Shown here piece after piece: positions 12,861 through 22,104 of a stretch of DNA of 64,000 nucleotides. Source of the stretch: Candidatus Krumholzibacteriota bacterium (GTDB lineage: Bacteria > Krumholzibacteriota > Krumholzibacteriia > JAJRXK01); the NCBI GenBank assembly GCA_963727455.1, contig CAVSGG010000003.1, positions 32,001 to 96,000 of the forward strand, read 5' to 3'. Position 1 is the first letter of the stretch. Each line of letters begins with the position of its first letter. A program made the position numbers and the translations under genes. The notes beneath the pieces were generated by a model that was not told where the DNA came from, made no database searches, and saw only the letters and a list, made by a program, of their open reading frames with translations.

Positions 12861-12936
12861 TGGCAGCCCCTAGGGGAATCGAACCCCTGTTACCTGGCTG
12901 AGAACCAGGCGTCCTAGGCCACTAGACGAAGGGGCC
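12861..12936 (-). tRNA. tRNA-Glu (CTC)
   Basis: GGCCCCT...anticodon arm CCTGG-TTCTCAG-CCAGG...GGTTCGATTCC...GCCA; 76 nt. Confidence 0.96.
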
Positions 12937-13187
12937 ACGAATGTCGTGGAGCGTGAAGTATATAAAACGGGGCCAGGGACGCAAGCCACCGCGAGCGCCG
13001 CGGGCGCGTCTGCCTCACTCCGCGCGGGACCGCACAAAGGGCGGAAACCGGCGGCGCGCGCCGATTGGCGCCCTCTGGACAGGGCCCCTCGCGGGGATTA
13101 GTCTGTGGCCTCCATGCGGCGGCAGGAGAAAAAGATAAGGTCCGCGCCGCCTTTGTCCTGAGTCCGTGTTCCGAGAAACCACCCATC

Positions 13188-14900
13188 ATGACTCCCCCCG
13201 ACGACCCTAATTCCAAGCCCGAGAACTCCCTGGATGCCAAGGAGAGCCGGGATTTCATCCGCGACATCATTCGCGAGGACCTCGCCGAGGGAAAGCACGG
13301 GGGCCGGGTGCACACCCGCTTTCCTCCCGAACCCAACGGATACCTGCACATCGGGCACGCAAAGTCCGTCTGCCTGAATTTCGGGGTCGCCCGCGAATTC
13401 GGCGGACTGTGCAATCTCCGCTTCGACGACACCAATCCGGCCAAGGAAGATCCCGAGTACGTCGCGTCCATCCAGAACGACGTGCGCTGGTTGGGCTTCG
13501 ACTGGGAGGACCGGCTCTACTACGCTTCCAGCTACTTCGAGAAGATGTACGAGTACGCACTGCAGCTGGTGAAAAAGGGCAAGGCCTACGTCGACTCGCA
13601 AAGTGAAGAGGAGATCCGCCGCAACCGCGGTACCGTCAAGAGTCCGGGCACGCCCAGTCCCTATCGCGAGCGCAGCGTGGAGGAGAACCTGGATCTCTTC
13701 ACCCGCATGAAAGACGGCGAGTTCGAGGACGGAACCCACGTGCTTCGGGCCAAGATCGACATGGGCGCCTCCAACATGAAGATGCGCGACCCCTTGATCT
13801 ATCGTATCCGGCACGCGAGCCATCACCAGACCGGCGATACCTGGTGCATCTATCCTTTTTACGACTTTGCGCACTGTCTGGAAGACAGCATCGAGGGCAT
13901 CACCCACTCGCTGTGCACCCTGGAGTTCGAGATCAACCGCGAACTCTACGACTGGTTTCTCGACGAACTCGAAGTGGAGTGTCACCCGCAGCAGATCGAA
14001 TTCGCCCGCCTCAATCTGAATTACACGGTGATGAGTAAGCGCAAGCTGCTGCAACTGGTGCAGGAGAAGGTGGTGGCGGGTTGGGACGATCCGCGCATGC
14101 CCACCCTGGCCGGACTGCGCCGGCGCGGCTACACCCCGGCTGCCATCCGCACCTTCGCCGAACGTATCGGGGTGGCCAAGCGCGACAGTGTGGTGGACAT
14201 CGCGCTCCTGGAGCACACCCTGCGCGAGGACCTCAACGCCAACGCCTCGCGGGTGATGGCAGTCCTGGATCCGCTCAAGGTGGTCATCGAAAACTATCCC
14301 GAGGGTGAGGTCGAATGGATGGAAGCGATCAACAACCCCGAGGACGAAGGCGCAGGCACGCGCAAGGTCCCCTTCTCCCGCGAGATCTACATCGAGCGCA
14401 GCGATTTCCTGGAAGATCCCCCGCGGAAGTTCTTCCGTCTCTCGCCGGGCTGCGAGGTGCGCCTCAAGCACGCCTACTTCATCACTTGCACCGATCTCGT
14501 GAAGAACGACGCGGGCGAGATCGTCGAGCTACGCTGCGAGTACGATCCCCAAAGCCGCGGCGGCGAAGCGCCCGACGGGCGGCGGGTCAAGGGAACCCTG
14601 CACTGGGTGAGTGCGGCACAGTCCCTGAAGGCCGAGGTGAGGCTGTACGACAAGCTCTTCACGGTGGAGAACCCGGGCGAGGTGCGCGAGCTGCACTCGG
14701 TGTTGAACCCGGACTCGCTCGAAGTGTTGAAGGACTGTCGCGTGGAACCCTCGCTCAAAGAAGGCGCGGCGGGACAGGGCTACCAGTTCCTGCGCCACGG
14801 CTACTTCTGCCTCGATCCCGACACGCGGCCCGACGCGCTGGTGTTCAATCGCACGGTGGGACTGCGCGACACTTGGGCCAAGATTCAGAAGAAGAACTGA
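13188..14900 (+). CDS. glnS: Glutamine--tRNA ligase
   Basis: [60 protein letters not shown]. Confidence 0.97.
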   Translation: MTPPDDPNSKPENSLDAKESRDFIRDIIREDLAEGKHGGRVHTRFPPEPNGYLHIGHAKSVCLNFGVAREFGGLCNLRFDDTNPAKEDPEYVASIQNDVRWLGFDWEDRLYYASSYFEKMYEYALQLVKKGKAYVDSQSEEEIRRNRGTVKSPGTPSPYRERSVEENLDLFTRMKDGEFEDGTHVLRAKIDMGASNMKMRDPLIYRIRHASHHQTGDTWCIYPFYDFAHCLEDSIEGITHSLCTLEFEINRELYDWFLDELEVECHPQQIEFARLNLNYTVMSKRKLLQLVQEKVVAGWDDPRMPTLAGLRRRGYTPAAIRTFAERIGVAKRDSVVDIALLEHTLREDLNANASRVMAVLDPLKVVIENYPEGEVEWMEAINNPEDEGAGTRKVPFSREIYIERSDFLEDPPRKFFRLSPGCEVRLKHAYFITCTDLVKNDAGEIVELRCEYDPQSRGGEAPDGRRVKGTLHWVSAAQSLKAEVRLYDKLFTVENPGEVRELHSVLNPDSLEVLKDCRVEPSLKEGAAGQGYQFLRHGYFCLDPDTRPDALVFNRTVGLRDTWAKIQKKN

Positions 14901-14929
14901 GTGCGAAGAGTCGCAGACGATGCGCGCCC

Positions 14930-15565
14930 TCAGTGGGCGCCCACCAGGCGCAGGGGCGCCGGGGCCGAGCGCGTCAGTTGGGTGTCGAGTTCGCCGAGGG
15001 CGGTGACCCGCCAGAAGCCGGCGCCGCGCCCCATTTCCGCCAATTCTGAAGCGTCCACCACCGCAGTGGTGTCCTGGCTCACCAGCTCGAAGACCTCGTG
15101 GGAGTTCGCGTCGAAGACCTCGATGCGGTAACGCTGTGCCTCGGGGAAACTGCTCCAGCGAAAGCGTAGCTGCGGGGTGGCCACGCTACCGACCGGCGCG
15201 AGCGCGCTCAGTTGGCCCTCCGCGCCGCGATATACCGGCGCCGGTTCCAGCGGGGTGCGCAGCGAAGGATGCGGGAGCAGCACCACCGCCAAAATTGCGG
15301 CGGCTGCCAGCGGGATGAGCAGACGCTTGGGCAGAGGCCAGCGCTTCTTGGCGAAGCTCCGCCGCGCGCGCAGCACCGCGTCCAGCCCTTCGGCTTCATA
15401 GAGCATGCGCGCCAGTTCGGGAGAGTTTCGTAACTCCGTTTCGAAGTCCCGCTGCTCGCTCGCGCTCATCCTGCCCTCGCGATAGGCGAGAACTCGCGCC
15501 CCCTGCTCTTCGCTGAGTCCTTCCGCTTCTTCGAAGCGCTCGGGCGGCCGATTGCTTTCCTTCAC
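14930..15565 (-). CDS. Putative membrane anti-sigma factor with extracytoplasmic Ig-like domain
   Basis: GTG start overlaps the ECF stop; ASD-like LAYREGRMSASEQRDFETEL; TM LLIPLAAAAILAVVLL; C-terminal beta-rich domain (FRW...YRIEVFD...FWRVTA). Confidence 0.72.
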   Translation of the reverse strand: MKESNRPPERFEEAEGLSEEQGARVLAYREGRMSASEQRDFETELRNSPELARMLYEAEGLDAVLRARRSFAKKRWPLPKRLLIPLAAAAILAVVLLPHPSLRTPLEPAPVYRGAEGQLSALAPVGSVATPQLRFRWSSFPEAQRYRIEVFDANSHEVFELVSQDTTAVVDASELAEMGRGAGFWRVTALGELDTQLTRSAPAPLRLVGAH

Positions 15566-16101
15566 ACCCGTACCCCTCTCTCCAAGAGAAGACGGCGAAA
15601 CTTCTGGCGGCAACGGTAGAGGCGGCGGTAGAGCACCGTCTCGCTCAGGCCGGCGGCCTCCGCCAAGCGCCGCGGCTTTTCCCCATCGGCGAGTCGACTC
15701 AAGAAACCCCAGCACTGGCTGTCGCCCGCGCGCAACTCCTGCAGCGCCGCGCTCAAATGCTGCAGCAACTCCTTCTGTTCGAGCGCTTCCGCCGGCGTGC
15801 CCTCCGCGGCCAAACTCGTCGGCTCGACCAGTTCGCTCTCTTGTCTCGCGCGCGCATGCCTCTGGTAGAAATTGCCGATGGTGTTGCGCAGAACTTGAAA
15901 GCACCAGGCCATGGGCGGGAGCCCTTCGACGAGCCGCGCGCTCTCGATCTGCTGCGCGCGGCAGAGGACGGTGGTCATGGCCTCCTGCACCACGTCCTCC
16001 ACTTCGGCGGCCGGTACGCGCCGCGCCGCGATTTCCACGAAACGCTCCCGGAGCCTCTGGCTCCAGTCTTCAGCGGCGGAGCTGATCGGTGCGCGGTCCA
16101 T
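15562..16101 (-). CDS. ECF RNA polymerase sigma factor
   Basis: Region 2 VEDVVQEAM...WCFQVLRNTIGNFY; region 4 LAEAAGLSETVLYRRLYRCRQKFR. Confidence 0.88.
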   Translation of the reverse strand: MDRAPISSAAEDWSQRLRERFVEIAARRVPAAEVEDVVQEAMTTVLCRAQQIESARLVEGLPPMAWCFQVLRNTIGNFYQRHARARQESELVEPTSLAAEGTPAEALEQKELLQHLSAALQELRAGDSQCWGFLSRLADGEKPRRLAEAAGLSETVLYRRLYRCRQKFRRLLLERGVRV

Positions 16102-16136
16102 CCTGAATGTTTGGCTCGGGAAAAAATCTCTCGCGG
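16102..16136 (-). promoter_or_regulatory. Candidate ECF-dependent promoter, copy 1
   Basis: CCGCGAGAGATTTTTTCCCGAGCCAAACATTCAGG abutting the ECF ATG; 25/35 identical to 21137-21171. Confidence 0.5.
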
Positions 16137-16269
16137 CTTGCCGCCCGATGCTAGCAGAAGTGCCAAGAACGCAGCTAGCGGACAATTGCGTTTCTTCTTC
16201 GCCCCCGCGCGCAGCTACGTGCTACACTGGGCCCGGTCTCCGCCTTCCCCGCCCCTTGCGAAGGTGCCC

Positions 16270-18738
16270 ATGGATTGCCGCCCGGTCCCGTTTGCCAGCC
16301 CACGCGAGGCAGCTCCGCGTGCGCGTCGTTCCTGGCTCGCCAGCTTCGTGCTCGTGTGCGGTCTGCTCGCGACCTGGTCTCCGCTCTGGGCCCAGGATGC
16401 GAGCGAGGAGGTACGCGAAGCCCTCGCAGAGTATCGCTCCGATCTGGATGCAAAGAGCGCCAGTGCGCTGGCGAAGCGCCTGGAGTCTCTCGAGCCGCAA
16501 CTTGCCGAAAGTGGACAGGACAGCCTGCGCTCCGAGGTCCTGGAGACCGCGGGGCTGCTCTCCTTTCGCCACGGCGACCTGCACCATGCGCGGGCGCTGT
16601 GGGCCGAAGGACTGACGGCCGCCCGCGCCGCCAACTCGACTTCACAGATCATGGCCCTGCTCAACATGAACGCGGTGGGCGTGAGCCAGGCTGGCGACTA
16701 CGCGCGGGGAATCGAACTCTTCCAGGAACTCACCGCCCTACGCAGGGAGAGCGGCGACCGGCGCGGCGAGGGAATCGCGTGGAACAACATCGCCAACTGT
16801 TTCATGAAGTTGAATCGCCTGCCCGAGGCTTCGGCGGCCGTCGATTCGGCGAAGGTCTGTTTCGAGGATGTGCAATTCGATCGCGGGCTGGGCAGCGTCT
16901 ACATCCTGCGCGGTCTGGTTCGGCTCGAGATGCAGCGCAGTGAAGAGGCCCTTGCCTCCTTCGAGGCTGCAGCCGCGATGGCCTACCAACTCGGCCAGAA
17001 GGACCTCATTGCCACCGCCCTGGCCAATCGCGGCCGCCTCAAAATGCTGCGCGGCGAGCCGGTCGAACTCGCGCTGGCCGACGTCGACTCCGCTCTCGCC
17101 CTGTGGAAGGAAATGGACAACCGCCAGCAGTTGCTCATGGTGCACATGATGCGCGGGGAAGTGCTGGTGGAAACCGGCCATGGCCAAGAGGCCCTGGCGG
17201 ACCTGCGGAAAGTGCTCACCCAGCGCGAAGCGGCCGGCGAGGAGTTCGATGCGCTGCCGGTGCGCAATCTCATCGGGGCCGCCTACCTCGAATCGGATCG
17301 CCTCGAGGATGCGCAGTCCTATCTCGAGCAGACCCTGACCATCCTGGAAAGCCTGCGCGCCCAGGCCCTCGACGAAGAGACCCGCATGGGTCTCTACCGC
17401 CGCGGTGGACTGGCCCATCGCGACCTGGCCGATTGCCTCTTGCGCCAGGGCAAGGTGGAAGAGGCCTGGGCGGTGGCCGAACGCGGCCGGGCTTGGCTCT
17501 TGCGCGAACAGCTCGCACCGCCAAATACCGAGGCCGCGATCCTCGAACTTGCCAGTCTGCAGGAGAGGCTGCGCGCCTCGGGGGCGGTCTACGTGCACTT
17601 GGCCGAGAGTTTGGCCGGCGCCAGCTTCGCCTTCATCGTGAGCAGCGAGGGCATCAAGGTGGTGCGGCTCGCGGTTCCCCACTCCCTGATGACCGATCTG
17701 GAGATCGCCGTCTACCACATGGCCAACGGATCGCCCGACGAGCTGTGCGATCCACCACTGACGCGTCTGGGCGATGCCCTGGTGGGACCGCTGGTCGAGG
17801 ATCTGCCCGAGGATGGGCGTGGCGTTCTATTTTCGTTGCCGGGAAGCTTGAGCGATCTTCCCCTCGATGCTCTACGCTACGAGCGAGGGGGGAGCGCGCA
17901 GGTATTCGGCGAACGATACGCGACCGCGCTGGTCCCCTCGGCCACCACCTGGAACGCATTGGAGAAGCGCCCCGCGCCCAGCAAGGGCGTCTACGCCTTC
18001 GCCGACCCCAAGGCCGATCTCGCAAAGGGAGGCTCTCTCGCCATCACCCGCTTCCGCGACGTCCTGGGCTTGCCCCTGCCCCAGGCGCGCGAGGAGGCGC
18101 GCGCGATCACCCGGGGGGGCGGACACTCGCTCATGGGTGAGGAGGCTTCCAAAGCACAGTTTCTGCAGCTCATCGATCGTGATCTTGGGGTTCTCCACTT
18201 CGCCACGCACGCGGTGGTCGATCCGGTTTATCCCGAGCAGTCGGCCTTGCTATTGGCCGGTGGGGAGGACGACCGTCTGACCGCAGGCGAGATCGAGGCG
18301 CATCCTTTCCACGCCGATCTCGTCACCCTGAGTGGCTGCCGCACCGGCGGCGGGCTCACCTATGTGGGCGAGGGAACCCTGGGCCTGATGCGCTCCTTCT
18401 TCGTGGCCGGCGCGCGCAGCGTGGTCATGTCGCGTTGGGACGTGGAGGACAGAGCGGCGCGCCGTTTCATGGAGGAATTCTACGCCGCGCTCGAGTCGGG
18501 GGAGGACCGCGCCACCGCGATGCGCAACGCACGCATGCGCCTGCGCGAGGAAGGCTTCCCGCACCGCGACCGCTCCGCCTTCGTTTTGGCCGGGGTGGCG
18601 ACCGAGCCGGTGCTCTCGCTCCTGATGAACAAAGAGCCGGACCACGATCGGGCCCGGCTCTTCGTCATCGCCGCGCTGATCCTACTTTCGGGCTCCCTCC
18701 TCTGGCAGATCAGACGACGGCGCTCGAACGCCGCGTGA
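16270..18738 (+). CDS. TPR + CHAT (caspase-like) protease with signal peptide and C-terminal TM anchor
   Basis: Signal peptide ending LWA-QD; TPR repeats (GDRRGEGIAWNNIA etc.); catalytic HFATH (18196-18210) and LSGC (18328-18339); C-terminal LFVIAALILLSGSLLW-QIRRRR. Confidence 0.9.
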   Translation: MDCRPVPFASPREAAPRARRSWLASFVLVCGLLATWSPLWAQDASEEVREALAEYRSDLDAKSASALAKRLESLEPQLAESGQDSLRSEVLETAGLLSFRHGDLHHARALWAEGLTAARAANSTSQIMALLNMNAVGVSQAGDYARGIELFQELTALRRESGDRRGEGIAWNNIANCFMKLNRLPEASAAVDSAKVCFEDVQFDRGLGSVYILRGLVRLEMQRSEEALASFEAAAAMAYQLGQKDLIATALANRGRLKMLRGEPVELALADVDSALALWKEMDNRQQLLMVHMMRGEVLVETGHGQEALADLRKVLTQREAAGEEFDALPVRNLIGAAYLESDRLEDAQSYLEQTLTILESLRAQALDEETRMGLYRRGGLAHRDLADCLLRQGKVEEAWAVAERGRAWLLREQLAPPNTEAAILELASLQERLRASGAVYVHLAESLAGASFAFIVSSEGIKVVRLAVPHSLMTDLEIAVYHMANGSPDELCDPPLTRLGDALVGPLVEDLPEDGRGVLFSLPGSLSDLPLDALRYERGGSAQVFGERYATALVPSATTWNALEKRPAPSKGVYAFADPKADLAKGGSLAITRFRDVLGLPLPQAREEARAITRGGGHSLMGEEASKAQFLQLIDRDLGVLHFATHAVVDPVYPEQSALLLAGGEDDRLTAGEIEAHPFHADLVTLSGCRTGGGLTYVGEGTLGLMRSFFVAGARSVVMSRWDVEDRAARRFMEEFYAALESGEDRATAMRNARMRLREEGFPHRDRSAFVLAGVATEPVLSLLMNKEPDHDRARLFVIAALILLSGSLLWQIRRRRSNAA

Positions 18739-18757
18739 GCTTCCGCGCTCCTCTCGT

Positions 18758-20515
18758 TTAGCGCTTTACGCTCGCCGCGACGACGCTCGCATCAACTTCC
18801 CCGGCCGTCGCCTGGGCGGCCACCTGCAGACGCAAGGACTCGAGGACAGCGCCCTGGCGCGCCAGTTCCTCTTTTTGGGCCTGGATCTGCTTCTGTTGCT
18901 GCTGCAGAGAGGCGATGAGCACGGGAATGAGCTGGTCGTACTCCACGCTCAAACTCTTCTGCGCATCGTCGCCCTCGTGGACGATTTCGGGCACGACTTC
19001 GCGGAGTTCCTGCGCAATCAGTCCCAACTGCCGTCCCCGCTGCGACAGCTTCTTCCAGCGGAAGCTCACCGGGCGCAGCTTCATCAGTTCGTCGAGCCCG
19101 TAATCCAGGTCCGCGATGTCCTTCTTGAGACGTCGGTCCGAGGGAGTGTCCACCGCCATCGCGTAGACCACGCTCCAGCGTTTGCTGGAGCTTCCCAGAG
19201 TCCACAAGCTACCCGCCGAGGGCAGCACCGAGCCGCCGAAGACCGAAGTGCGGGTGTCGTAGTCGATCTGGATGGCGGGCAGACTGTTGCTGCCGGCGCG
19301 GATGACGAAGTCGTCCCCGTCGGTGACCGAGTTGCGCAGGTACCACTTGACCCCGACACCGTTGTGAAAGCGGATGTCGACGTCGTTACCGCTCCCGTTC
19401 AGATTGATGATGTCCTTCGCGCCAAACACTCCGCCGACGGTAAACCCGGCCGCGGTTCCGTAGATTCCGTCGAGTACCCACTGCAATCCGGTGGAGTAGA
19501 TTCCTCCGTGAGCGAGCCCCACGCCCGACTCACCCAGATCGTACCAGCGAGTGAACTCCAACTTCGAAGGACTCAGGCGCACGCCCAGATCTTCATAGGG
19601 CGCGGCGCCAGTGCCCGTATCGCGTCCCAGGAGAATCTCGTTGGGCTGGCTGGAGGAGTTCAGGTGCAAAAGCGCGTCGGGCGTGGTGGTGCCGATGCCC
19701 ACCTGACCGTTGGGTTCGATCGCCAGGCGCTGCGAGCCGCCATTCTCAATGGTGAAGACGCTGGAAGGACTCTGCTCGAAGACCAGTCCCCAAGATCCTC
19801 CCGAGCGCAAGCGCATCGAGACGGGCACTTCCATGGGGGTGTGGAGATCCAGCTTGTGCTGGGGACTGGTCTCTCCCACTCCCACGTTGCCGCTCACCCC
19901 TAAGGTGAGGTCGTCGCCGTTGATGTTCCAGTCACCGTCGGCGCCACCTGCGCCGGTGGCGTTGATGGTGAGGTCGTTGCCGTTGGGCACCACGCTGACG
20001 TTGGTTCCACCCACCAGATTCACCGGACCCGTGAGACCATTGAGGGTCTTCACCGCGGCCTGCTCGTCGACGGCCAGAGCGTAGGGCACCGCACTGAGTT
20101 CACTGCGCGGGGCGAGTTCGCTGCCGCCATCCACCGTGAGCGCCAGCCACAAACTCTGGTCGAAGTCGACCGTTGCGAGCGAAGTCGAAGAGCCCAGAGT
20201 GGCTTCGGCGAGGCCGTCCACCAGGTCGAGCACTTGGGTCTCTTCCCACAACATGGTCCCCGCAGAGGGATCGTCGTAGAGACGAAATACGAGGGTGTGA
20301 CTTCCCTGCAGCGCGGTGCCGCTGCCGTCCTCGACGATTCCCTGCCAGCCGATGGTCTGAGGAACCGCGGCGTGGGCGGGGGAGGCCAAGTTGGCCAGGG
20401 GGGTGAGTGCGCTGAGAGGCGCGAGGAGTCCGAGGAATGTGAGCATCCCGAGGAAAGTGAACACTCCGAGGGACGGCCCCAAAGAGAGCTGTCTGAAAAA
20501 TGCAAACCGGCGCAT
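18758..20515 (-). CDS. Secreted tail-fibre-like protein with C-terminal peptidase S74 intramolecular chaperone
   Basis: Signal peptide; GNVGVG/GQVGIGTTTP repeats; PSDRRLKKDI...LRPVSFRWK...GLIAQEL...VEYDQLIPVLI followed by a coiled coil. Confidence 0.85.
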   Translation of the reverse strand: MRRFAFFRQLSLGPSLGVFTFLGMLTFLGLLAPLSALTPLANLASPAHAAVPQTIGWQGIVEDGSGTALQGSHTLVFRLYDDPSAGTMLWEETQVLDLVDGLAEATLGSSTSLATVDFDQSLWLALTVDGGSELAPRSELSAVPYALAVDEQAAVKTLNGLTGPVNLVGGTNVSVVPNGNDLTINATGAGGADGDWNINGDDLTLGVSGNVGVGETSPQHKLDLHTPMEVPVSMRLRSGGSWGLVFEQSPSSVFTIENGGSQRLAIEPNGQVGIGTTTPDALLHLNSSSQPNEILLGRDTGTGAAPYEDLGVRLSPSKLEFTRWYDLGESGVGLAHGGIYSTGLQWVLDGIYGTAAGFTVGGVFGAKDIINLNGSGNDVDIRFHNGVGVKWYLRNSVTDGDDFVIRAGSNSLPAIQIDYDTRTSVFGGSVLPSAGSLWTLGSSSKRWSVVYAMAVDTPSDRRLKKDIADLDYGLDELMKLRPVSFRWKKLSQRGRQLGLIAQELREVVPEIVHEGDDAQKSLSVEYDQLIPVLIASLQQQQKQIQAQKEELARQGAVLESLRLQVAAQATAGEVDASVVAASVKR

Positions 20516-20547
20516 GGGCTTCTCCTTTCGCAAGACATAGCAGCGCT

Positions 20548-21084
20548 TCAGCGCGCCAGGACCAGGCGCCGGACTTGCTCGAAACCGGGAGCCTTGAGTT
20601 GGTAGAAGTAGACTCCGCTCGCCAGATTGTCGGCGGCGAAGACGAGACGGTGTTCTCCCGCACTCTGGTTTTGATCCACCAGAGTGGCGACGCGGCGTCC
20701 GCGGACGTCATAGATGCTGAGCAAGACGTGTCCGTCCTCGACAAGCGCGTAGCGGATGGTGGTGCGGGGGTTGAAGGGATTGGGGTAGTTCTGGTCCAGG
20801 CGAGTGCTCTTGGGCAGCGTGGGCGTCGGATCTAGGACCGCGGTGGCCGTACCCGAGTTCTTCTTTGCCCAGAAGCCGTGGCGCACGATGCGCTCTGGCC
20901 TGCTGGACCGGCCGGTGATCGCTTGGCCCACGCTGTGGCGAAGCTCTCGGTCCAGGCGAACGGCCTTGCGGCCGCCGGCACCGAGGAACTCGCGCTTGAG
21001 TTCGTGCTGCGCCGGCGCGACGGCCCCCAGGGCGATCGCGAAGACTGCTGTCAGGCTGAGCAGGACCAGGAAGCGTCGGAACAT
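20548..21084 (-). CDS. Small secreted protein with T9SS type-A / FlgD-like C-terminal domain
   Basis: RBS GAGGAGG, signal peptide, LDQNYPNPFNPRTTIRY...IYDVRGRRVATL...LASGVYFYQL. Confidence 0.85.
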   Translation of the reverse strand: MFRRFLVLLSLTAVFAIALGAVAPAQHELKREFLGAGGRKAVRLDRELRHSVGQAITGRSSRPERIVRHGFWAKKNSGTATAVLDPTPTLPKSTRLDQNYPNPFNPRTTIRYALVEDGHVLLSIYDVRGRRVATLVDQNQSAGEHRLVFAADNLASGVYFYQLKAPGFEQVRRLVLAR

Positions 21085-21136
21085 CTGCGCTTCCTCCTCG
21101 ATCGGCACCGGGGGGAACTCATCGGGGCCGCTTGCC

Positions 21137-21171
21137 CCTGATCATTTGGCGAGAACGAAAATCTCCCGCGG
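21137..21171 (-). promoter_or_regulatory. Candidate ECF-dependent promoter, copy 2
   Basis: CCGCGGGAGATTTTCGTTCTCGCCAAATGATCAGG, 52 bp upstream of the ATG at 21084. Confidence 0.5.
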
Positions 21172-21218
21172 GGAATTCGGGCCGGCGCGCTCTTTCGCTC
21201 TCAGCGTGACGGCGCTCT

Positions 21219-21304
21219 GTGTACCCGGGTACACTCGGTGAGCCGTGCAGCGGTGTAGCCGGGTACACTCGATCAGGCGCGCAGCCGTATACCCGGGTAC
21301 ACTC
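21219..21304. repeat. Three palindromic repeats GTGTACCCGGGTACAC(TC) at exact 34-bp period
   Basis: Copies start at 21219 (perfect), 21253 and 21287 (one mismatch each). Confidence 0.9.
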
Positions 21305-21379
21305 TCGACGGGCCCCACGAAGGCAGCTCGCTGGAGAATCGAAACCCGAGCCTTGGCAAGCGCCCGACCGAGACCCAAT

Positions 21380-21399
21380 TTTTATAGCCGGCTATAAAA
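21380..21399. repeat. Perfect 20-bp palindrome TTTTATAGCCGGCTATAAAA
   Basis: Read directly; second copy at 22105-22124. Confidence 0.9.
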
Positions 21400-21502
21400 T
21401 CGACGGGCCGTGAGGCCGAAGAAAAGGGGAATCTCAGCGCAGCGCGCGATGGATCGAACCAATCACAGACCATCTACGTTTTGATTACTGACTGGAGTAA
21501 GA

Positions 21503-21955
21503 GTGCATCGTCTCCTCTCGTGGCTCCTCATCGCAGCTTTCACTCTCAGCGCCTGCGCCTCGGGCGCACCGCCCCCCGTGGAGACCGATACCGAGACTTC
21601 CGAAGCCGATCGTTTGCCGGAGGTCCTCTCCTCCTGCAAGCCCGGTGATCGCATCGAAGTCTGGGCCAAGAGCGGCGAGTGCTTCGAGGCAACATTCGAA
21701 GCTTGCGACTCGACGACACTTAGCGTGGCCGACAAGAGCTATGAGCACGTTTACCAGCGTGACGACCACGGGTATCGCAATCAGACTCGATATCAGCTCG
21801 CAGAGCTTGCAAGGGTGCGAGCCGCTCCGTTTTTGAGCAAATCTGCCGCTAAGAAGCTCACGCTTGGTGGAATCGCGATCAGCGTCGCAGCTGTCGCGGG
21901 AATGACGGTTTTGGGAACTTTGGTCTGGTTAATGGTAGGCCTGAATTATCATTGA
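21503..21955 (+). CDS. Hypothetical lipoprotein with C-terminal TM helix, paralog 1
   Basis: RBS GGAG, GTG start, lipobox LSAC, hydrophobic C-terminus; paralog of 22228-22677. Confidence 0.75.
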   Translation: MHRLLSWLLIAAFTLSACASGAPPPVETDTETSEADRLPEVLSSCKPGDRIEVWAKSGECFEATFEACDSTTLSVADKSYEHVYQRDDHGYRNQTRYQLAELARVRAAPFLSKSAAKKLTLGGIAISVAAVAGMTVLGTLVWLMVGLNYH

Positions 21956-21978
21956 GAGCTCCTCGCGGCCGCGGACTC

Positions 21979-22062
21979 GTTACGCCGGGTAGATTGGGAA
22001 AGACTGGGACTTGTCTACCCGGGTACACTGTGAGTGAAGGATAGCTGGATACCCGCAGAGAG
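21979..22062. repeat. Second, more degenerate set of the 34-bp-period palindromes
   Basis: GTCTACCCGGGTACAC at 22013; weak copies at 21979 and 22047. Confidence 0.6.
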
Positions 22063-22104
22063 ATTGGAACTCCAAATTTTGCAAACTGTTGTATCATCTC
22101 CCAA

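Noticed and set aside
16147-16167. sigma54 promoter upstream of the ECF gene (TGGCACTTCTGCTAGC)
   Set aside because: Spacing is GG-N11-GC rather than the required N10
14930-18738. Craspase or type III CRISPR-associated protease module
   Set aside because: No Cas7-11, Cas10, SAVED or array; the CHAT protein is predicted to be extracytoplasmic
18758-20515. Prophage tail gene
   Set aside because: It has a Sec signal peptide and no other phage genes are in the window
21219-21304. CRISPR mini-array
   Set aside because: Repeats (16-18 bp) and spacers (16-18 bp) are too short, the spacers resemble each other, and there are no cas genes
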